Assembly: GCA_964016885.1 (NCBI GenBank)
Contig: OZ024746.1
Location: forward strand, 7,936,001-8,000,000
DNA length: 64,000 nt
Direction of reading: 5' to 3'
Source: Eledone cirrhosa
Taxonomy: Eukaryota
The position numbers and the translations under genes were made by a program. This document shows, in pieces, positions 25,606 to 39,800 of the stretch. Position 1 is the stretch's first letter; each line of letters begins with the position of its first letter. The notes under the pieces are model-generated. The model did no database searches. It worked only from the letters and a program-made list of their open reading frames with translations, and was not told the DNA's origin.

Positions 25606-26489
25606 ACGGGGCAAACATGGACTTCAAAAGATGCAGAGAAGACAACTCATCTAAGAGATTAACAACTCTCAAATATATAAACTGATAGTGTAGTGGGGAT
25701 AACTGGGTCTTTTAGGGCAACCTCTTTAGGGCAGGTGGCATGATAAAATGGTCTCAGATCTTATTATAAAGAGGTTTGTGATAGAAAGAACATCCAGCAG
25801 TAAAAAAAGAAGGAATACAGTTAGAAATTCTTCCGGGTGGGTAACAGAGCTGGAATTCATGGAGTATGCAGATGGGTGGCAGAGATATAGATAGATAAGG
25901 TAATAGAGTTAATCAGAAAATGTGACAATAATTGTCTTATAATAAGAAGAGATGAGCAAAAGAACTGTTTCTATCAGACTGAAAACTTCAATTAACAGAT
26001 GACAGTGACCTCATTATAATGGTTGATAAATTTAAAGAATGAGTTGGACAATACTATGATGACTACTATAATGTACATGGTAGCCGTGGTACATGAAATG
26101 AAGAAGGATCAAGTTTCTTAGACTTCTGCGACACAAATGACCAAACCATTTGAATAATTCAATCCAGGAAATTTGCCAGCCACCTGATCACCTACCATTC
26201 AGGCTAACATGCAAGACAGATAGATTTCATATTCATCAGAAAACTTAATATACAGATGGTGGTGAATACTAAGTCATTGCCTGGTTGAAGAATGTACATC
26301 TCAACTCAGACACGTATTGTCCTGTAAGTCCTGGTAGAGTTGTAGGGGGGCCGTATTGACATACAGCATTTCTAGGGTATTTTAAGCCTGGTGGAGCCCA
26401 TCTTTCTCCAGGTCTGAACACAGCAGATTTCATTCAGAGAAAGATAGAAAGTAAGAGAGAGGCAATGAGAAAGAGATATAGAGGAAGAA

Positions 26490-26623
26490 TCGACCCCAAT
26501 ACTTTTTTATTGGATGAAAGGCAAAGTTGACCTCGGCGTTATTTGAACTCAGAGAGAAGAGAGCCAGAATGAATACCATAAAGCATTCTATCCGATGTTC
26601 TAACGACTCTGCCAATTCGCCAC
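26490..26623 (-). mobile_element. SINE family 1-related older copy
   Basis: ggatgaaaggcaaagttgacctcggcg..atttgaactcag...tctgccaattcgcc. Confidence 0.75.
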
Positions 26624-26707
26624 CTATGTTATCAGAGGAAGATTTAAATAGATCCCAAGACACAGACATCTGGAGAAGGGAGATGTGAAAGCTGAAAGAT
26701 CCTTCAG

Positions 26708-26938
26708 TTAACCCTTTAGTTGCTAACCCAGCCAAAACTGGCTTTGGTTCTATGAAATAAAACCACCCATTATAAAGGTTTTCAATTTATATTAAAATCT
26801 TCCAACATAATTTTATATAAGAACCTTTCATTAAGTTACTATCTTTGTAATGAAACAATAATTTTAGTAAATCCCTCAAAATTCTTCCTTAATTAATTAA
26901 AATAGAGAGTATCAGACATGAAGTCATGAAAGGGTTAA
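26708..26938. mobile_element. TTAA-flanked MITE (piggyBac-like)
   Basis: TTAA-CCCTTT...AAAGGG-TTAA; homologous to 7396-7636. Confidence 0.75.
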
Positions 26939-27687
26939 ATATAGATTCAGATAAGGGTTATGTGATGTATATGTTGAGGAGGAAAAGATACAGACCTATA
27001 ACATATCAAACAATTGGGAGTTTCTACAAGATAATATGTTACAAGCTATAAACCAGATCTGGAAATGGAGAATGGTTCCAGCCAGATGGAATATAACATG
27101 GTAGTGGAATGATATGATAAGCAGAATTATATACAGTCCTAAAAAGAACAATAGCAGGTAGCTAGTCGAGGTATACTTAGCAAGGAAAGAAGCAGAAAAA
27201 GGTTTGTCAATGTTCTGCAATGTGAGAATCAGAAGTAGAAAGGTGTTGTAGATTGTAAAGGAATTGGGACATTACACCCACACCAATACTGAGGAGACTT
27301 GTAAATATGATGGGAGAGAGAGAAGGGGTGATGGGGGAAGTAGGGGAGAGTTACAGCAACAGTAACTCTACAGAAAAAACAGTTACTGAATATTAGCAAT
27401 TATATGGTTGAAATGGTCATTAAGGATATGAGAGAGAGAGAGAGCGAGAGAGAGAGAGAGAGTAAGTGGACCATAAGGAATAGTGACTGAGATGCTGAAA
27501 ATATTCAACAAAGCTGGACATGAGATAATGACTCACTTAATCAATCAGGTAGTACAGTAAAAATGTCTTCCCAATAACTAGCAAAGCAGTATCATCAACT
27601 ATTACAGAATGTGATGCTCTAAACAATATCAACATAGAGACATCAAACTAATGGCCTCAGTTATAGAAGTAACAAAAATAGTTATAT

Positions 27688-27888
27688 TATGAGGGTCAAA
27701 TGAAAGGTTCATAGGTTGACTAAGATACTCTCATGGAATGACCAAATGAGGTTTATTTTTCAACATACTCCTTGGAAAGAAACAATGCAATTATTAATAT
27801 GAACAGTTGAAATTAATGCATGTAAGACTTCACAGCTCTAGCATCATTCCTTCATAGTCAGCCTATAATTTTTCAGCCTACCCTCATA
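27688..27888 (-). mobile_element. Mariner-derived MITE (internal deletion derivative of the 24885 family)
   Basis: TA-flanked. The right 90 bp or so is the reverse complement of 24885-24970, and both ends share ga..gttcataggytga. Confidence 0.8.
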
Positions 27889-29076
27889 CAACTGGTTAGG
27901 AAGAAAAGTAGCTTAGATGAGATGTAGTTGAAGTTAATGACATGACTGTCTGTAGGCAGAGTAAAAATAGGGTAGAAAAGGTTCAGGGAGATGTTACCTT
28001 TGTTGGAAAGAAAGGAATTCTCTTGCCTAGTGAAGGACATATTGTATAATACTTGTGTACAAAGTGTTGTGTTGCGTGGTCGCTAAACATGGTCATGAAA
28101 GCAGACTGTACAAAGGCTGGAAACAAATGGAAAGCATGCTCAGCTGGATGTGTAATATTGATTTCTAAATTATGCACAAGGCAAGAACATTTGGAGTAAG
28201 GGCAAAGTTGACCCAATCAACCCTAGTGTGTTACTGGTACTTTATTTTATCAACTCTGGAAAGATGAAAGGCCTAGTTGACCTTGATGTGTCAAGATCCA
28301 AAACAAACACCACAATGGTGGTTTAACAGATGCACCATTAAGTCTGTAAATTCATCACCACAACTGGATGTATAATATTAGAAATGGAAATGAAATTTTC
28401 CAGCTCATATCTATACCAAGTTATGTCATACAAGGTTTCTTGGGTGTTTTAATGATAGGGGTTGGGGTTCTATCATGAAAAACAATATGAAATGAAGTAC
28501 TTTAATCAAGAATGCGACACACCATCCTGGTCCTGGAACAGAACCCATAACCTTGTGATCATGAGTCCAACACCTTAACCATTAGGTTGAATGATGGAAC
28601 ACAAATAAAAGAAAATAATAAAACTGTTATACCCAAGAAAGAAAACTGCACTGGTATGGACATGTGGATGAAGGATAAAGAAGTGCCTAGGAATTGAAGT
28701 GGAAGGCACATGAGGTAGAGAAAGACCAAAGAAGACATGGTAAGAAGCGATGTAATCTGATATCGGGATGCTGAATCACATGAAGATGATAACAAATCAC
28801 CATAGTTGGCAATACCTTGTACTAAAGAACACCTGTCCAACCCATGTGAACATGGGGAAATGGTTATAAAACGATGATGATTATTATTAAATATATGTGA
28901 ACAAGACACGGTCATCTGATCTGGCTTGGCTCACATCTGGACAACTCGTCTGACCCATGCTAGCACGGAAAAATGGACGTTAAACAGTGATGATGATGAT
29001 GGTGATATATATATGTGTGTGTGTGCATAAATACATATGTATATATATATATACACACACACATATACTACATATG

Positions 29077-29109
<33 letters not shown>

Positions 29110-29639
29110 ATCGTATTAGAGAGGGCGAGTTGTTGAAGTTACTTGTCCATATTCAATATCAATTTCATGTTCAATAAAACTCCTAAAATATTTACCTTAG
29201 ATCATGATTTTATACAATTGAGAAACACCTACACACCCACACCCACAAATACACCCCCGCCCCCACAAATACACCCCCACCCACAAATACACCCCCGCCC
29301 CCACAAATACACCCCCACCCACACGCCCACAAATACACCCCCACCCACACACCCACAAATACACCCCCACCCACACACCCACAAATATACAACCAGAAAT
29401 ATATATGGGTTTTATATATGGATTTATAGGTGTTTTTTTTAACTGTTTTCTAATCATCATTGATTTTTTTTTTTTTTCCATTGGGCACAAAATATTATTT
29501 TTGTAGATGAAAGGATGCTTAGTCATGGCTGACTGAATCCCTTTATATCACTGAATCCCTTTATATCACTGAATCCCTTTATATCACTGATATAATATTG
29601 ATCACTGATACAGAGTTGAAAACATGACTATATATACAA

Positions 29640-29643
29640 TGGA

Positions 29644-29685
<42 letters not shown>

Positions 29686-29719
29686 GTGAAGTATGTATAT
29701 ATAGAATATATACAGTGAA

Positions 29720-29753
<34 letters not shown>

Positions 29754-30275
29754 TATATGTATATATATATATATATAGTATATATACAGTGAAATATATA
29801 TATATATATATATATAGTATATATACAGTGGTGAAGTATATATATATATATAGTATATATACAGTGGTGAAGTATATATATATATATAGTATATATACAG
29901 TGAAGTATATATATATATATATATATATATAGTATATATACAGTGAAGTATATATATATATATATATAGTATATATACAGTGAAATATATATATATATAT
30001 ATATAGTATATATACAGTGGTGAAGTATATATATATATATAGTATATATACAGTGAAGTATATATATATATATAGTATATATACAGTGGTGAAGTATATA
30101 TATATATATATATAGTATATATACAGTGGTGAAGTATATATATATATATATAGTATATATACAGTGGTGAAGTATATATACAGTGAAGTATATATATATA
30201 AAGTATATATATAGTGAAGTATATATATATATAGTATATATACAGTGAAGTATATATATATAAAGTATATATATA
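29640..30275. repeat. (TA)n-based minisatellite with a cagtg(gtg)aag spacer
   Basis: Directly visible. Confidence 0.95.
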
Positions 30276-30979
30276 GTCCTGTGTTCAATTGTTTCAATAT
30301 CGTCCTGTCAGGTTTCTGGTTTTATTATTGATACCTTAACAAAAGCAATTGATTAGTAGAGTCATCAGAGCATGGGATAAAATGTTTTGCACCAGTTAGT
30401 TAGAGCCCATTACATCTGGAGTTTAAATCCTGCTGAGGTCAACTTTATCTTTCATCTTTCTAGGGTTGATATCAATAATTGACTTTCTCTTCCCTACAAA
30501 TTGTTGTCCTTGTTCCTGAATTAAACAAAAAGGAAAGATCAACAACATCCCAGACCTCATTCGCTTGACGAGTGGACCATTGCTGATACTATCTACCAGT
30601 CGCAACTCCTGGCAGAAGGTGCAACATGAAATAAAGTGTCTTGCTCAAGGACACAACACATCACATCACTTGGTCTGAGAATTGAACTCACAACCTCATG
30701 ATTGCAAATCCAACACTCTAACCACTCAGCCATGTACCTTCACAAGTTCCTAAATTAGAAATCATTATCAATACCTAATTCTTTTTTAAATTGACATCCA
30801 TATTGATAAAATGGTTATTAGCTTAGATGAGACGGGGCCAAGGTTTGTGCCATGACAGGCTACCACTGATGCTTGGTGAGACAACTGTAGGAGAGTTTCA
30901 TAGCAAAGAACAAGTCACTATATCTTCCAGTCATTTACCTACCTAAAACTTCATTATGTTATTATAATAATTCCACATT

Positions 30980-31163
30980 ATAATTGTTTCTACTTTTAGC
31001 ACAAGGCCAGCAAATTACCCAGTGCATTACTGGTACTTTATTTTATCGACCCCCTAAGGATGAAAGGCAAAGTTAACCTCGGCGGGATTTGAACTTAGAA
31101 TGGCAAGGGCCATAACTCTATGCGTCAAAGCATGGCGTCCGACCCTCTACCGATACTGCCAAT
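30980..31163 (-). mobile_element. SINE family 1 copy
   Basis: Full match. TSD ttccacattataat / ttccatattataat. Confidence 0.9.
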
Positions 31164-32195
31164 TCCATATTATAATACACGATCATCATTATCATAATAG
31201 CTGAAAAATGAACCAGTTGTTGTTTAACCCTAGGTTACACTTCATTGAGTAAACCTACAATCAAAAATATTTCAACCGTAGCTACATTTTTAGGGATTCT
31301 GAAGACTAGATTATTTAATGTGTCTTACCCATTTTAAAAAACAATATGGTATGATTTGAGGGAGATATGGCTGTTGTTTCTAACTTTATTAACATACGAT
31401 GTTGTAGAACCTTCATTGTTTCTGTTAAGTTTTTCAGTTGATTTCATCAATGAACAGCCTGCTCAGGAAATTAATATATAAGTGGCTGAGCATTCCACAG
31501 ACATGTGTACCTTTCATATAATTCTCTAAGATTCAGCAAGACATGGGAGTGAATTGGAGCAATGTGAAATAAATTGTCTTGTTCAAGGACACAGTGCACC
31601 ACTGGGAATCAAAGTCACAATCTTACAATCATTAGTGGAACACCCTAACCACTAAATCTTGCACCTTCATCACATGTAATACATGATATATACCTCCCTT
31701 TCTATTTCTAAGTCACTAATACACACCTGCAATGTTACTATATGTCTATAAATCACTGGTTATAGTATTTCATTGCTTCATTTCATCTCTGGTTGCCATT
31801 TATCCTCCTATTGTTCGTTACATGGGATTTTATCAACCTATTTTGCTTTGCCACTCAGAACAACCTACTGCAACGCCCACAATGCAATATTTTTCTGTTA
31901 TAATCTACTTATGTAAAATCTCTTGTACCTCTATTCATCTAACAAAAATGTCTTTCCTTTGTTCTCCCTACTTACCTTCGTCACCATGCCACCAACATCA
32001 GAGGACTTCCAAAGAACATGGGGGCATTGCTAAGAAAATTAAAAATGCCTTAACCATTGGTAACTTATCTGCTGATTTGAATCCTGTCATTGTTTTATTT
32101 CAACACCAACCTAACCCAATCATTATCTTGCTTTCATTTAGCATGAAAGGATTAGCGTGATATTAAGGTGACAACTATATAGGCACTCATCATCA

Positions 32196-32380
32196 TAACC
32201 TCGGCGGGATTTGAACTCAGACCATAAAGGGCCGTAACTCTTTGCTGCAAAGCATGGCGTCCGACCGTCTACCGATACTGCCAACTTTGCCTTTCATCCT
32301 TACGGAGTCGATAAAATAAAGTACCAGTAATACACTGGGATAATTGCTGGCCTTGTGCCAAAAGTAGAAACAATTATTAT
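32196..32380 (+). mobile_element. SINE family 1 copy with 5' inversion
   Basis: 32196-32284 is the head in antisense; 32283-32380 is the body and tail in sense. Confidence 0.9.
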
Positions 32381-33089
32381 CATTTTACACATAGTTTTCC
32401 ATGTGTACAGTTTCTGTCTACCCAATTTCATTCACAACACATGGGTCGACCCAAGGTAAATGACACTTGTCCATGATACCCCACTGTAGGATTGAACCTG
32501 GGACCTCATGATTGTGAAGTCAACCTCTTAACCACTCACACTTACTCCGTCTCAACAATAACAGTTTCTTACTTAGACACAAACAGTTGATTTTGTCAAC
32601 TGGATCAGTTTAACTTACTATTGGTGTTTATTAATCAACCCTAGAGTAAAGAAAAGCAATCCCCACTGAAAATACATATTCACATTCATATATATACACA
32701 TACATTCATATATATACACATACATTCATATATATATGAACATATACATAAATGCATACCTACATATATATATACATACCTACACACACACACACATATA
32801 TATATACATATATACACACACATATATATATATACATATACCTACACGCACACACATATATATATATACATATACCTACACACACACACATATATATATA
32901 TATATACGCACACACATATATACGCACACACATATATATATATACATATACCTACACACACACATATATATATATATACATATACCTTCACACACACATA
33001 TATATATATACATATACCTACACACACACACATATATATATATATACATATACCTACACACACACATATATATATATATACATATACCT

Positions 33090-33131
<42 letters not shown>

Positions 33132-33165
33132 GGGTATTTAAATCAAAAACTTCACCTTAGTATCT

Positions 33166-33204
33166 GCCTCAGACGAGTCCCATTGGGTGAAACACGTGTA
33201 AGAG
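33166..33204 (+). ncRNA. Degenerate minimal hammerhead with palindromic stem III
   Basis: CT-CAGACGA-GTCC catt GGGT-GAAA-C ACGT G-TA-AG. One core substitution (U4 to A). Sits in an island between TA arrays. Confidence 0.55.
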
Positions 33205-33253
33205 CTTTATAAAGATATGTTTTAACGGCTTGTAACTCTTTCATTAATCATTT

Positions 33254-33295
<42 letters not shown>

Positions 33296-33344
33296 GTATA
33301 TATAATGTATATATTTTGCCTATATATATATATGTGTGTATAAG

Positions 33345-33472
33345 AAAAAAGTCAGCAGGACCCCGACAGCTGAGTTCCGGCCGTTACGACAGCTAGATCT
33401 GAACTAAGCCCTAAGTATTGAGTACTCTGGTGCGTTATGGTCCACCTGGTATCTTACCAAACCCTCTTTGTT
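33345..33472. mobile_element. Rearranged PLE-end A relative (antisense half-HHR joined to sense ctaagtattgagtac...ggtccacctgg)
   Basis: gaccccgacagctgag..gccgttacgacagcta resembles 13737-13774. The remainder resembles 61-125. Confidence 0.6.
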
Positions 33473-35751
33473 ATATGTATATATATATATACATTAACAC
33501 ATACCTACATACATATATATATATATACATACAATCACATATACATATATATACATATACACATACCTACATACATATATATATATAATACAATCACAGA
33601 TACATATACATACATACACATACAATCACATATACATATACATACATATATATATATACATACATACATATATATATACATACAATCACATATATATATA
33701 TATATTATATATATATATACACAAGTACATACATATACACATACACATACATATGTATATACATATATACATACATAATTAGTACTATAAAAATATTGAA
33801 ATAGATTTCTCAAATTGAAATCAGAAAAAAGTTGTTATTGCTATTAATATTGTTGGTAGCAAATGGATAGTTTGAGAAGTGTGTGATATACCATTTCATA
33901 TCACCCTACCATATAAAATTAGCTATGATAACACATAGACAGGTTTGAATGCATATAGTGGTGCGTATGAAGGATTGAAAAGAGAGAGTGAGTGGCTATT
34001 ACCAATCTCATGTTGTAAGACTGTTGTCTTGGTTGCTGTATCTAGAGTTACATTCATCTTTTCCGAAAGACACATTGATTTGTTATGGTAAATTTATCCC
34101 CCAGCCTTCTGTATTTGAAATGAATAACTGACAAATCTTACTCTATGTTCAAAATCACATGCCAATCAGCTAATCTATTTTGAGTGTTTTTAATTATTAA
34201 AAGTCTTTTCATATAGGAAAATGCATCACACCTACTTTGTTCTAACTGACAAAGTTAAATAATACAGCATATATATCTAATAGCAGCAGCAGTAACAGAA
34301 TTGTTTGTTGAAATTCAACACTAAATCTTGCACATCCTTAAATGATGTAATATGTAGCAACATTATTTATAAACCGAGCAATACATTTTTTTTTTCTTTA
34401 AAAAAAAAAACAAATTGCTGTGTATGCTCAAATCTAAGTTAACATTAGATATAGGATAATCTCTATATATATTGTCTTAATGTCAGTAATTAAGACACTA
34501 CCAAGACCTGTCTTAATGTCAGTATTTAAGACACAACAAAGACCTGTCTTAACAATGTCAGTAATTAGGACACTACAAAGATCTCTCTTAATGTTAGTAA
34601 ATGTAACACCATTAAGTTTTGCTCCAGACAAGAATTAGCAGCCAAACCTCGCATATCGTACTCTACCATCTTAATTAAAGAATGAAAACCTTGGGAAATA
34701 TAGTTCTAATTACTCGTTAAAAGAATGGAATGCTTTTGATCAAAGGTTTGCCTTAGCAATATTCCCAAATTCTACATATCCAGATATCTGGTGTTGAATT
34801 TCAGTATTCAATCAATTATGTTTTGTTTTAGCCATGACAATCCTATTTTTACTGTAGGTGATGTTGTCCTTTGTGAAGACATGTGGCCTAGTAATTAGAG
34901 AATTGGATTCACAATATGAGGTTGCAAGTTCAATTCCAGGACTGGGTGATGTGTTGTGCCCTTGAGCAAGACACTATATTTCCCAATGGAAACATTGTTT
35001 CCTTGATCTGATTTGATGAGATCCACCCTACTCGGTAAGTAAGGTCTGGGATCTTGTCGATTGATTCGATCAATGTTGCCCTATGAACAAAGACTTTAAA
35101 TATGTGGACATCATTTTACAAATAATAGAAAGTTTTTTAGGGATTCTTTGCAGCCATATTGAGCAGACTTATGATGAAAAACCTTCCAGCCATAGCCAAC
35201 AATATTTTTTCAGATAAATATACCTATGTCCCTAGTACTACATTATCCAATGTTTTTATTTTTTCAAAACTATTAGAAAATGATTCAATGAAGATTTAGC
35301 TGCTAATTCTAGCAGGTCACACAACTATGTAGTAACTCCTTTGTTAGCACATATTGTGGTGACTGAGCAACTGCATAGAAACTACCTCAATGGGCATATG
35401 GTTTGTCTACCGACTTAAGTCAGTAATTTCACAATTTAGATTTAGTAGTGATAAGAGATATACTTCAGTTCTAGTTTCCTACGTTAGACTATCAATTGCC
35501 CAAACCCTTTTATTTATTTCCGTACAATATATTTTTAGAATTCATTTACAAGTTTTGAAGGAAATGAACTGAATTCCAGGATACAAAGGCGAAACTCTGA
35601 TATCCTTCAGGATGGAGTGTTGGAACTTATATACAATAGTTGATTGAATAAGGGAAAGAATCTTTTTCTTTCTTCTTCAATATTTCCTCTGTGTAATTGA
35701 AACTATTGACTGAAATATCCAGCAATAAACAACCTTCTAGGTCTGCCATGA

Positions 35752-35997
35752 TTGTCAGTAAACAACACATCCTAAGACATGTCTTAACAATGTCAGTAAA
35801 CAACACATCCTAAAGACATGTCTTAACAATGGCAGTAAACAACACATCATAAAGACTAGTCTTAACAATGGCAGTAAACAACACATCCTAAAGTCTAGTC
35901 ATAGTAATATAAGTAGACGATACATCCTACAGACATGTCTTAGTAATATCAGTAAACAACACATACCAAAGACATGTCTTAACAATGTCACTAAACA
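35752..35997. repeat. Minisatellite of about 38-39 bp (tgtcagtaaacaacacatcctaaagacatgtcttaacaa); related units at 34474-34600
   Basis: About 6 diverged copies are visible. Confidence 0.85.
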
Positions 35998-36376
35998 TAT
36001 AAGGCCCAGTTTTATCAATATTAGTAAACCACACTAGATTTTATGCAGCCACTTTATACTTCATAATGAGAACTACTTAATGATACTAGCAACTACTTTC
36101 TTATCATTGTTTAACAGTCCAACTAATTATAAAATCCTAGTTTTAATTATCTTCAAAACTTTAGCCCAATTTTTCAACATCCCCATCACCATTCTATGTT
36201 CCTTTTCCATGCTGGCATGGGTTAGACAAAATTTGAACAGACTTTCATGTGATTCAAACACTCAACCTCCACTTTTACTGGAGTAGTGTTGGCTGTAACC
36301 AACTTGTTATTTCAAGTGTTAAACTAATATATTTCTTCAATCTACTGTGTCATTTGCTTTATTTCGGTCCATATTT

Positions 36377-36410
<34 letters not shown>

Positions 36411-36575
36411 TGTATATATGTATACATATATGTATACATACATATATATATGTATACATACATATATATATATACATATATATACATATATATATGTATA
36501 CATACATATATATATATATACATACATATATATATATATACATACATATATACATACATATATACATACATATAT

Positions 36576-36614
36576 GATGGCTGCCCCCTCGTTATCGAGT
36601 ATGGCCATTGCACA

Positions 36615-36650
<36 letters not shown>

Positions 36651-36651
36651 A

Positions 36652-36706
<55 letters not shown>

Positions 36707-36785
36707 GCAATAATAATAATAACGACAACAACAATAATAATATACATATTCATATATATATACACACACACGCACGCACATAAGC

Positions 36786-36825
<40 letters not shown>

Positions 36826-39800
36826 GATAGCAACTAACAGTGCTGCGATCGAATGTGGCTTTTTAGCCCAGCCAATGATCCAAAATGTCTTGCACAGAGT
36901 CGGCAACCAAAACATTTACTGGGAATAGTCGGCTGTGGTTGGAGTTCGTGTACTTTTGCATGTCGCTTGAGTCCTCCTGCTGATTTACATTCTCTACCAC
37001 ATGTTTGGCAAGCATGATGAGTAGCATCTCCAACAGCAGCCTGGTAGTCAACCACTGGTCTTACTTTATGACTGCGAAGATGACTTTCGAGTCCAGCTTT
37101 GCTTAGGCAGAGTCTCGCACAGACGCTGCATGTCAGAAACATAGGAGGACCCTCGCCGTCTGGAAGTGCAACAGCAATACCCTTCCTCACGTCCCGCTTT
37201 ACTTTCTCGTGTGCGATTCGAGATGCCTCAAAGGCAACTTTTCCCTCATATACAGTCTTTCTCCATTTATTACGATCAGCAGCAATATTTTCCCATGTAT
37301 CAGCAGAGATGTTAGCGTCTTTCAGAGAGGCCTTCAAGGAATCCTTATACCTCTTTTTTGGTTTATGTGGCGGTCGTTTTCCTTTAACCAACTCTCCATA
37401 GAAGAGTTGTTTTGGTATTCTAGAATCCTTCATCCTGGCAAGGTGACCACTCCAACGGAGTCGCTGCTTAAGCACAAGAGCTTCTATACTGTCACACATA
37501 GAGCTTTCCAAAATCTCGACATCACTGATGTGGTCCCTCCAGCGAACGCCATGTATCCGTCTGAGACACATCTGATGGAAACGCTCCAATTGCTTAAGGT
37601 GGCGTCGATATGTGACCCAGGTCTCGCAGGCATAAAGAAGACAAGAGAGTACACATGCCCTGTACACCCTTACCTTTGTCCTCCTGCATATGTCTCGCCG
37701 ACCCCAGAGTCGCCTTTCTAGCTTTCCGAAAGCATCACTTGCTTTCCTAATCCTAAGTGAGATTTCACTGTCAAGGTTGCCGTATCGATTGACAGTGCTT
37801 CCCAGGTAGACAAACTGATCAACCACTCCAAGTCGTCTGCCATACACATAGATGTTTGGTTCAGTGTACTGCCCACCAGGTGCAGGTTGGTACATGACGA
37901 CGGTTTTCTTGAGACTGACAGTCAAACCCAGGGCAGTGCAAGCGTCAGAAAATACATTCAAAATGTGCTGCATATCACTCTCTGTGTGCGCTACAAGATC
38001 GCAATCATCTGCATACAAGAGGTCTCTTATGACTGATGTAAATACTTTTGTCTTCGCAGCAAAGCGCCTGATGTTAAATATGCTGCCTGAGGTTCGATAT
38101 CGGATGTAAACACCATGCTCGCAATTCCTGAATGCAATACAGAAAACCATTGCAAAGTATATGGCAAACAGGGTCGGTGCTGGAATATCCCCCTGTTTCA
38201 CTCCATTTTTTACTGAGATAGGCTCCGACATGTTACCTCCGACATTAACCCAAGCCTTCATGTCGTCATGGAAAGACCTAACTAAAGCAAGGAACTTATC
38301 AGGGCAACCAAGTTTCTGGAGAACCTTCCATAATGCATCTCTGTTGACAGTATCGAAAGCCTTTGTCAGATCGACAAAAACCTGATACAGATCCAAGCCC
38401 TGTTCAATGCACTTCTCCTGGAGCTGTCTAGCTGAGAAGATCATATCAGTAGTGCCGCGTCCAACACGAAAACCAGATTGACTTTCAGGAAGGACACAAT
38501 CTGCAATGTGTGTCAGCAGACGGTCCAGAAGCACCCTACATAAAACTTTCCCCACGACAGAAAGCAATGATATACCTCTGTAGTTCCCACAATCATTCCT
38601 GTTACCCTTTCCCTTGTACAAGACCACCATTACTGCATCTCTCCAGTCCTCAGGCACGGATTCATTAGCCCATATCCCTCCAAACAGAGAGTGAAGATGT
38701 TGCAGGAGTCTCTCACCACCATATTGTAGGAGCTCAGCATGTATGCCATCCATACCTGGAGATCTTCCACTGTTCAGCTTCGAAATAGCCACTGCAACCT
38801 CCACAAGTGTCGGAGGCTCTGCGAGAGCTACTTTCACAGGACTTTCCGGAATGAGATTGAGGAAATCTTCACTGACGACAGACGGCTGATTCAAAAGATC
38901 ATCAAAGTGCTCCCGCCACCTTCGTAGAATTCCCTGTGAGTCACGAAGAAGTTCTTTGCCATCCCTGCTGCGAATCGGTGTCACCAGAGAAGAAGACGGT
39001 CCATAAACCTCACGCAAGAGACTGTACAACAGCTTTGTGTTATTGCAATCAGACGCAGTTTGTATCTCACCAGCCTTCTCACTCCACCACTGATCCTTCA
39101 TCTGAGAAAGACTCCGCCTAACACGTGATTTTACATCCCTGAGCTCCTCATGCAACGTATTCCTCTCCTGTGGTCTTGCCGTCAAGTAGCGTGACAGAGC
39201 GCGCCTCTTATCAGCCAACAAGTCATCTATATGCACATCTTTCTCATTAAACCAGTCCTGATGTTTTCTCTGCACCAATCCCAGAACACGTCTGCCTACA
39301 TCATAAACCGACTTTTTAAGGGTCGGCCAATCCTCACCAAGATCTGCAGCCTGCATCTCTTCTTCCAATGTCCTCTTCACATTTTTATCCTTAAGACGAG
39401 CAGCATTCAATCTTTTGGGCAGGGTAACACCAGGAGCCCGGATTTTACGTTTGGTGATTAGATTCACTTTTGCGCGTACCAGGCGGTGGTCCGTCCAGCA
39501 CTCAGCTCCACGAAGAACACCGAACACACCGCACATCCTGTCTGTCACGCATCCTGACTAGACGTAGTCCAAAAGATGCCATTCCTTATTAGATGCAGGA
39601 TGCATCCATGTGGTCTTGAATTGTTCTTTCTGGAACAGTTGGTAACACACAGATCCAGCTCCTCACACATCTGCAGCAAGAGCATACCATTGGCTGTTAC
39701 ACTTTCCCACCCCATGCCTCCGATTATCCTTCCTTAATCCCTACCCACTCTAGCATTAAAGTCACCAAGCACGATGATGACTTTGTCTGCCTGAGGGATA

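Larger units (their letters stand above)
25690..28880 (+). mobile_element. Heavily decayed, long RTE family B-like LINE interrupted by a SINE and MITEs
   Basis: Fragments read as endonuclease (NEEG..LDFC, HLITY.SG, QIDFI), RT-proximal and thumb regions. Ends aaacgatgatgattatt. Confidence 0.65.

Noticed and set aside
29640-30275. Repeat-spacer-like array
   Set aside because: The spacers are just variable-length TA runs.
30276-30372. Possible hammerhead on the minus strand (ctgatga...gaaacaattg)
   Set aside because: No UH cleavage triplet and no convincing stems I or II.
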